Part shown: piece after piece, positions 54,484 to 64,000 of the stretch
Numbering within the stretch: the first letter of the stretch is position 1
Layout: every line of letters starts with the position of its first letter
Source of the DNA: Octopus vulgaris
Lineage: Eukaryota
Assembly: GCA_951406725.2 (NCBI GenBank)
Contig: OX597819.1
Location: 6,634,001 to 6,698,000, forward strand
Reading direction: 5' to 3'
Length of the DNA: 64,000 bases
Program-made: the position numbers and the translations under genes
The notes under the pieces: model-generated
What the model was told of the DNA's origin: nothing
The model's database searches: none
What the model saw: the letters and a program-made list of their open reading frames with translations, nothing else

Positions 54484-54728
54484 TGAATTTTCTTTACTCC
54501 CTTGGCATGTAGATTGTTCTATGCTACCAGCTGATACTGATTTTACTAATGACTGATATACACCAGTGAGTAGTTAGACCTGTCATCTAAGGAGAAAGAT
54601 GTGAAAGGTTATTGGATCTATGCCGTTCTATTTATATAAAGGATGTGAACTCGGAATCGTATACAAGGCTGTCCTCGCTAAGAACTTACTCGTCTTTGAT
54701 TGAATTATAAGAGGAGCCATTTATGTTA

Positions 54729-55997
54729 TCAGGTCATCCCACAAGTTCTGTCCGAATTTTGAATAAAGAAAACAAGTGATCAAATGTTATATTGAATTGA
54801 AATTTAATCATCAATGTACATACCCTGATTATCTACGACTTCCTTCCGTCAATTTACAAGCATTTTAATCCCATCAATATAAAACGCTTTTGATTTCAAA
54901 GCAAAGAACTCTGAAATGTCAGTTTCGACTTCCTCCTGGCTTACGAAAGTTAAAATAGCTACAACCCAGAATCGAAGTTATGTCCCCCAAATGATTCTGT
55001 AAACTACGAAACAAATGGTAGTCTGAAGAAGCAAGGTCGGGAGAATAATGTGGTTGAGGATTTTTTTCCCAACCCAGCTCTTCGATCTTCTGTGATATGA
55101 TCTTTGCCGTGTGGGGTCGCGCATTGTCCTGATGAAAGATTACTCCTTTTCGATTCACTAAAGCGAGTCTTTTTTTCTTCAAAGCTTGGTTAAAACGCTC
55201 TAATTACTGACAGTAGACTGGAGCATTGATTGTTGCATTAGGTAGTAATAATTCAAAGTGAATTACTCCTTTGCAATCCCACCAGATAGAGAGAACCTTT
55301 TTTCTCATGAAGTTCCCTTCTCGGTTGTGGTTGAGTTTTTCCCCTTTGACCAAGCCACAGTTTACGACGTTTAACAATTCGATAGAAGATCCACTTTTCG
55401 TCACCAGTCACAAGTCTATCCAACAAGGGTGAAATGAGCTCGCGAGAATGGAGAGAAGGTCAGATATCACCTCGGAATTTGCGGTTGCTTTCGGACAATT
55501 CATGAGGCACCCATTTTCCAAGTTTAGGAACCTTTCCAAGTTGTTGAAGATGACGATGAACAGTTGTATGGTTTGAACTAAGCTTTATTGCCAATTCTTC
55601 AACAGATAATGCAGGATTTTCTTCAAGTAATGCCTCAAGGAGCTTATCGTCAAACTCAACTGAACGTTCTGTTCGACCTTCATCTTCAAGGCTGAAATCT
55701 CCACTGCTGAATTTTGCAAACCATCTTCTGTAAGTTCTTTCATTCAAGCATACTTTCCGATAAACTGAGTATATGTTTCGAGTCGCTTCGGTTGCATCTT
55801 TGGATACTTCCATGTTAGAAAGGGTTTTGATCAAAGAAATTTTAATTCTATTATTCTGTAAAATAATATTTAATTAGCTTAAATGTACACAAATACATAA
55901 AAATAATTATTAATTCCCGTAGACATTCTAAAATACTATTAAATTTCATTCGATTTTTAAAAAGGTAAAATCGGGCAAAACGTATGGGTTGACCTGA
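54729..55997 (-). mobile_element. near full-length mariner (DD34D) transposon with frameshifted transposase
   Basis: TA|TCAGGTCATCCCA ... TGGGTTGACCTGA|TA TIRs and TSD; WVPHEL, FHQDNARPH and YSPDLASSDYHLF in three broken ORFs. Confidence 0.93.
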
Positions 55998-56262
55998 TAC
56001 AAATACGGTTTGCAATGGCAATCTCGCAAATCAGTACTTATACTGCATGTTTTCTATATATATACGCTTGAGAAGGTTGATCTTATCATTCATGGTATCT
56101 TTTATAAACGGAGGCTTGTAATAATGAAGATATATTTGTGCATTATGATAACTTGCTTGAGGTATGGAATGAGAAATCATATGTATATCCAATGACACAG
56201 ATTTAAGTGATGCTAATAATAATTGCCATGAGGGAGAAGATAACTTCTAACATAATAATAAC

Positions 56263-56474
56263 GCTTTCTACTGCAGGCACAAGACCTGACATTTTGAGGG
56301 AAGAGCGTAATCGATTACATTCGACCCAAATATTAAACTGGTACTTATTTCATCGACCCCGAAAGGATGAAAGGCAAAGTCGACCTTGGCGGAAATTGAA
56401 CTCAGAAGCTAAACACGAACGAAATGCCGCTAAGCATTCTTCCCGACATGCTAACAATTCTGCCAGCTCGCCAC
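56263..56474 (-). mobile_element. SINE family C
   Basis: ATCGACCCCGAAAGGATGAAAGGCAAAGTCGACCTTGGCGG. Confidence 0.82.
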
Positions 56475-56482
56475 GTTTAATA

Positions 56483-56577
<95 letters not shown>

Positions 56578-56771
56578 AAGAAGAAGAAGAAAATTCTAAC
56601 TGGGCCCCACCTGTGCTGTTTATCTTGATATGAGATCACCATTTCGCGCACATATGTTTGTGATGCATGTGCCTGGTGTACCCTTATCAGACGGGTAGTC
56701 ATGATGGGTATATTGAGCTTCGTATATTTTACCCCAGTGTCACTTTGATGGCATGAACTGCTCTCTCACTC

Positions 56772-56827
<56 letters not shown>

Positions 56828-56842
56828 TAATAATAATTAATG

Positions 56843-56891
<49 letters not shown>

Positions 56892-56971
56892 TAATAACAA
56901 CAACAACGATAATAATAACAACAACAACAACAACAACAACAACAATAATAATAATAATCAACAACAATTAT

Positions 56972-57835
56972 ATAAATCAGAAAAATAAGGGTTTATCATA
57001 GTAGCACAAGATCAATGCCTACCTCCAAGGAACTACCAGGCCAACATATTAAAGAACGGCAGCTTTCCAACATGTCGTGTATGTCAACAACAAAATCAAA
57101 CCATTGATCATGTTGTCTCCATGTGTAGTCTTCTTGCGCCTACAGAGTATCCCAACAGGCATGATACAGCTGCACAGTATATTCACTGGGTAATTTGCAA
57201 AAACATGGACTTGCCCCATGACAAAAAAGCTGGTGGGAACACAAACCGCCTCCAGTGCTTGAAAATGACCACATCTCACTCCTCTGGAATTTCACTATTC
57301 AAACTGACAGAAAAATAGATGCAAATAGGCCAGACATCATATTGAAAGGCTTCAGACAAAAATCATGCCTCCTCATTGATATGACTGTCCCAATCGATAT
57401 AATCGTATCTGTCAAGACCTACCAAAAACTGAGCAAATATAAAGATCTTGAAATAGAAATCAGCAAAATGGGGAAACTGAAAACTAAAACAATACCTGTT
57501 GTTGTAGGTGCTCTAGCAATGATAGCAAAAGGGGCTGATTGCTACCTAGCTCAGATACCAAGAAACCCCAAAATGGCAGAAATTCAAAAGACTGTGCTCA
57601 TGGGAACTGCCCATATCATACGTAAAATACTGTCTTTGTAATCTCAAATTTTAAAACAAGCACATAATTTTCTTATGGTTTCTTAAACATTCTCTAGAAC
57701 AACACTATGTACAAAACCAAATATATGGCACCCTAGGCATAATACCAACATGAACTTCGAACTTGTTGTCTCTTGAGGTCTCTGGGTGAGACTTGGAACC
57801 AACTGGTACAAAAGCAAAGCAAAAGTCAAACATAA
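56972..57835 (+). mobile_element. R4/Dong-like retrotransposon 3' fragment in (TAA)n
   Basis: AQDQCL..TCRVC..TIDHVVSMC..NRHD..RPDIILK..LLIDMTVP..KLSKYKDL..PVVVGAL..; 3' UTR ends at (TAA)n. Confidence 0.9.
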
Positions 57836-57938
<103 letters not shown>

Positions 57939-57944
57939 TTAATG

Positions 57945-58020
<76 letters not shown>

Positions 58021-58180
58021 TAATAACAACAACAACGATAATAATAACAACAACGATAATAATAATAACAACAACAACAACAACAACAATAATAATAATA
58101 ATAATCAACAACAATTATATAAATCAGAAAAATAAGGGTTTATCATAGCAGCACAAGATCAATGCCTACCTACAAGCCAC

Positions 58181-58242
<62 letters not shown>

Positions 58243-58244
<2 letters not shown>

Positions 58245-58796
58245 CCCTGATGCAGTACCAGGCAGTGGCTCTCATGGCATCTGATCTTAACTGATTGGAA
58301 GTGTTATCATGTACATTGTTTTGTCTTGGTATAAAAGATGGGCTACAGCAAATATTCTGCTCAATACCACAGATTTGCTTGTCAGTTGTTTGACCTTAAC
58401 CAGTTGAGCATGTCCCTTAGTGGCTGACGATATGTGCATCTCTGATCACGAGCAGAAGTAGTGGGGAGCATCATGGCCATGTGCTGAGAGGGATTCTTTG
58501 GGGTTTGAATAGTTCACCTCTGGAAACATGGGTGGTTCTTTCAACATCCTTAAACAAACCTTATTCAGGGACCGTTTGAGCGGGATGGGCTACTCAACCT
58601 GAAGAAAATTCTAACTGGGCCCCACCTGCAAGGTCATGTGCTGTTTATCTTGATATGAGATCACCATGTCGCGCACATATGGTTGTGATGCATGTGCCTG
58701 GTGTACCTTTATCAGACGGGTAGTCATGATGGGTATATTGGGCTTCGTATATTTTACCCCAGTGTCACTTTGATGGCATGAACTGCTCTCTCACTC

Positions 58797-58797
<1 letters not shown>
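58243..58797 (+). mobile_element. non-coding (TAA)n-associated interspersed repeat
   Basis: Ends CTGCTCTCTCACTC(AAT)n; 5'-truncated copies at 56585-56771 and about 51164-51185 end the same way. Confidence 0.75.
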
Positions 58798-58875
<78 letters not shown>

Positions 58876-60253
58876 GATAGTAATAATGGTGGTGGTGTTG
58901 GTGGTGGTCATCGTGGATGTTATAATGAGGATGATATGATTATTTCTAATATTATGAGTTTATTTTTTATATTCTTATATTTTTAGTGAAGGCGTTGATG
59001 ATTTATATCTGCAGAAATTACGTTGTAAGATACACTGGATATATATCCCTGGCATCCATGCATCATTTATGATATACATTCCCATTTTTGTTCAACCACG
59101 AGGTACAATTTTGATTTGTTAATTGACTGACAAATTGATTGTTTGGATTATTGAATGATTGACTGAAGATTTTAATAGCTTTTAGTCGAAACTTTTAGAA
59201 ACTATTCGTACCATTTCACATCTAAGGATATAGTGAGTTGTACCTTTATTCGTTGAGTAATTCATTCAATACAACGAGATATCAAAGTACAATCTTTATC
59301 TGTGAAACAGTGATTCACATATATAGATATATGTATAAGGTTTTTATGTTTAATTAAGGGAACCGATCGACCATGAGATAAGCAACTATTGTCAGGTTCC
59401 TGATGTGAACTGCCGACACGTTCTGTCGGTAAGCTGATTTCTCACCAACCGATCATCAGTTCTTTCGCAGACAATTTGCTGTGTTTCTTCTGAATTTCAG
59501 CTAATAATAGACGCTGTCATCTTGTGTTGATAAACACTGTCAAACATCTTACATTATTGACAGGCTTCGCTGTTTGCTGCTCGAGTGATCGCTATCTTTA
59601 TAAAACTGCTTGGTTAAGCATTTGTTATGAATTAGATTCAATTCTTCAGCCCAAAGTAACATATATCGCTATAATAAAATTCAGTATCGGACTAGAAATA
59701 TTTAAATAAATGTAACTACAAAGTTTCCGGTGAAATTCTGTCTAAGTGATAATTTGGCCATGTTGCGTTCTGCCGTTGTGTTGTGTCCATGGTCACGACA
59801 TTTTAGTTTTATTTCATCTGCCTGAATTCTGTCACGAATGATTGTATTATAAAAGAGCGAATTGTTTAAAATGTGTAATAATTTTATCATCATAAGCAAC
59901 AACAGTAACTCTAAATGTGGTGAATTTTCCTGTCCGATATATCATATGTGATACACAGGATATATCTATGATATATCATCTATGATACACATTCCCCATT
60001 TGTTTTTTAATCACGAGAGTAACTTGGAACCCACGAAGAAAAAGATTTCTATTACTCAAAATGAATAAAATAAGGGCTAACGAAAAGTTTTAAAATACGC
60101 ATGAATGTTTTGGACAGGTAAAGTGTTAAAGAAAATATTAGGGGTTAATTAACGTATTTATTTGGCGAACTATTATAGTAATTGTTTTATTTTTAGACTT
60201 CAGCATCGGACGTATATTCTTTGCAATTGGTTATTGGCATTATGAAACATAAT

Positions 60254-60468
60254 CGGTTTTAAATTTTGATACAAGGCCAGCAATTTCGAGAGAAGGGGTA
60301 GGTCGATTACATGGACCCCAGTGTTGAAGTGGTACTTATTTTATCGATCCCGAAATGAGGAAAGGCAAACTCGACCTTGGCAGAAACTGAACATAGGACG
60401 AAAAAGACGGACGAACTGCTGCTAAGTAATTTTCCCTACGTGCTAACGATTCTGCCAGCTCGCCGCCA
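60254..60468 (-). mobile_element. SINE family C
   Basis: Same central domain and tail as 12421-12635 and 56263-56474. Confidence 0.8.
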
Positions 60469-61462
60469 TATACATAATTGCTATAAAGAAAGGTTCGCAG
60501 AAGGCATAGGGTAAGGATCACAGAAGTATTGCTAAAAATTAAGAATTAAAGCTAAAAAGAGGCTTCTTTATTCAGTTTCATTTTCCATTTTCAGCAAATA
60601 AACAACGGGTTGCATTAGTGTGTGATTCTGTTGTAGGCCCTAGTATATAACCACGGGGTTTTGTAAACAAATTCTAGAAAATACAATGCCAAAATAAAAG
60701 AATATACAGAGAAGCAAACCATTTGTAATATTCCTTTTATATAACACGAATTGCTTTGCTTCCAGCCGCGAGTGTGAGGGTAATATTTGTAAGATGTTCA
60801 ATTGCAGTAACTAGGAGTATATGAATGACAAATGAAGTGAAATTCATTTTCTACAATGAAGTCAAAATGTCGCCACCTTCATTTTTTATATTTCAAGCAA
60901 AACAACTTAAACGACAAAGGATATATAAACATGAATTTTGGACCAAAACAGTTAGAAGAATGCTTTCTAGGAATAAGTTTTTGTAAACATATATAACATC
61001 AGGGATGATCGTTATATGTATGCTTATATGTATATATGCAGTGCATGTACGTATGTATAAATGTATGCAAGAATAAGTGTTTAATTGTATGCATATGCGT
61101 ATGTTGCAGTGTATGTGAGGATGCATCTATGTGTATAATGACAGAGACAAAAAGGGGGAAGAAATTTAGCTGAATCGTTGGTGTGTATATATGATTGTGT
61201 ATTACTTATGCTTTTGTTTGTACATATGCAGTTATGATTAAAAGTATGTTTGTATTCTTTGGATGTACTTATTTAACTGCTTCTCTCTGTATAGTATCAA
61301 TGTATAGGTACATATGTTACTGTGAGCGTAACCAGAGCTATTGTTTAAATGTATACTCAGTGATAAGGGATAAACAGAACTAACATCTTTTATCGCAGAT
61401 TTATTGATAACTTGTATATATGTGAACACATGCACACACACACACACACACAAATGCACATT

Positions 61463-61573
<111 letters not shown>

Positions 61574-62162
61574 TTGTAGTTCGGTTGGTAAATAAGTAGT
61601 CAGGCATGTAAGTCTCAACCAAACATGTTATCTTACCTGCAATTAGATATATGCATATGTTCATAAGAAAGAGATACGCATACGTACGCGAATACACATA
61701 TGCATATAGTCAAAGGCATTCAAATGCACACGCAGACAGATAGATGTGCGCACGTTCATAGACGTGTGGCTTATCTTATAACACCATCTCAGCTCTGAAG
61801 CTCTGAACCATTACAAACTATACTCCAATTTAACTAGCAACGGTTGTCTGTAGCACTTAAGAGCTAATCGATGAGTTTCAGTGCGCATGGATAAATATCT
61901 ATCGGTTATTTGAAAATAGGACTATAACTAGTAAGTTTTCAAATGATTTATGGAATGTTTTAGCTGATTACACTTTTTATGACCCCTCCCCCAGCTTCTA
62001 TCTGCCAAGATGGGGTTTTAGATAGGAAAGGTTGGCAAGGAGGGGGTGGAGGATTTTTCCCATTCCTTTTACGCTCGTACATACATACAAAGATTTTATG
62101 TCTATTTCAATACCTATATATGTATCTCTCTCTCTCTCTCCATCTATCTATTTATCTATCTA

Positions 62163-62215
<53 letters not shown>

Positions 62216-62463
62216 TGTGTGTATGTATGTATTTGTGTATATATATATAAATATATAAGCCCTTTTATATATATATATATATATATATATGTGCGTTATA
62301 TATATGCGGATGTTTCCATTATATAGATGCATATATATATGTATGTATATATATATATATGTATACATATATTTGTGTATCTATACATATATACACATAT
62401 ATATGTATATATATATAAGCGTGTATATATATATGTATGTGTGTGTGTGTGTGTGTGTGTGTA

Positions 62464-62508
<45 letters not shown>

Positions 62509-63794
62509 CAAATATACATACGTATAAAGATTTTATATCTGACTGTCTGTCTATCTATCTATCTACCTATAAATAGATAATACATACATTGAGAGAAAGA
62601 GAGAGATATGTGTGAGTGTGTATTTGTATGTATGTGTGTATAAATATACACATGTGTGCGTATATATATATATGTATTTACATGTATAGATATATATGCA
62701 TGCATAGATACACACAGACACACACACACGTATATGTATATATATATATATATATATATAGGCATATATGCGTTATGCACATATCAGTATATATGTTTGG
62801 CTATGTGTGTTTTGTAAAGGTCGGCGCATCTCTATCAACGCATATTCGCACTTATATATATTTGCATGTTTGGATACATGCATACGTGAATATATATATA
62901 TATATATATATCCGTTATATTTATACATACATACATTCGTACATCGACTAAACCACAAACCTATCAACACCTACGTAACAAGCGCACACATCACACATAC
63001 GTATATGTGTTTACGATTGTGCGTGAGCATGTGCACTGATGTCTGAAGCTGCTTACTTTCAATATATTTTATAGGTAATATTTTATATTGAATTTTATTG
63101 AAAATTTTTGAACGTATTTGATTTATTTTTGTTTTTGTGAAGTTTCTGAAATTTTAAATCAATTTGCTTTCATTTATCGGTAAATTTATTTCTGGTTGTA
63201 TGGACGTAAGATGAAAGCGTTTAATTGATTTTTAATTGTTTAGAAGCTGTCTTTGTATATAGTGTGTAATATTTGACAGATAGGATAGGAATATATTTGA
63301 AGATTACTAGTGCCTACGTACATTGGCCAGACATATTGTGACAGCTAACTGCTCCTAATAATAGATCCAAATGCAGCTGGATCTGGATAGATAAATAAAG
63401 GCATGTACGTATGTATGTATGTATATATATACACATACATGTTCCACTTCGTGACACCGTGGGCAAGTGCCTACAACAACAACCTGGGGCGACCAAAGCC
63501 TTGTGAGTGGATTTGGTAGAGGGAACCTGAAAGGATCCTGTTGTATATATGTATGCATGTATATATATTCTTATATTCTTTTATTTGTTTCAGTCATTTG
63601 ACTGGAGCCATGCTGGAGCACCGCCTTCATACATATATACAACAGGATCCTTTTATAAACCCCGTAACATACATATAGATACATATATACTTACATACAT
63701 GCATACATACATACATACATATATATTACGGGGTTTTAGTTCACAGGTGATCTAAACGATTAGGTACGTTAGGTAAGTGTTGTAACGGATTACT

Positions 63795-63885
63795 AGGGCT
63801 CTTTTGAAGGACTTCCATAGGGCCTTCATGTCGTGGCTTGAGCGCTTCAGAAACTGCATTGAAGTGAGGGGGTCATATTTTGAAA
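63795..63885 (+). pseudogene. mariner transposase extreme C-terminal remnant
   Basis: DFHRAFMSWLERFRNCIEVRGSYFE. Confidence 0.65.
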
Positions 63886-64000
63886 TGCACGTTGTATATG
63901 CATGTGTGTGTGTGTATATATATAATTATACATACATACATAATATCATCATATTCATCATTATCACCATCCTCCAGCAGCTGTCCTAGCCAATGATTTG

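Noticed and set aside
59405-59465. Minus-strand CTGATGA...GAAA as a further hammerhead
   Set aside because: No NUH triplet followed by a stem I complement in register.

Overview
AT-rich, microsatellite-dense animal genomic DNA, most likely octopus (coleoid cephalopod), judged from tRNA-Arg-like SINEs resembling the octopus OR families; this is inferred and not database-checked. No intact protein-coding gene is recognisable, and most listed ORFs are translated microsatellites. The window is a patchwork of decayed mobile elements: four SINE families, CR1, L1/Tx1, R4/Dong and Penelope-like (PLE) retroelement fragments, mariner (DD34D) and maT-like (DD37D) transposons, non-autonomous Helitrons and MITEs. 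The most notable signal is non-coding. There are at least 10 type I hammerhead ribozyme (HHR) motifs, 7 with a canonical CUGANGA/GAAA core and 3 with a shared A6U variant, plus several decayed copies. They sit in short non-coding elements mostly bounded by (TA)n tracts. They show compensatory changes in stem I, palindromic (dimer-type) stem III, a greater-than-unit-length tandem junction and long fold-back palindromes, and they lie near PLE GIY-YIG and linker remnants. This looks like a multi-family PLE-derived, retrozyme-like system. A few low-confidence minus-strand exons may belong to a host transcript. All coordinates were read by eye and element boundaries are approximate.
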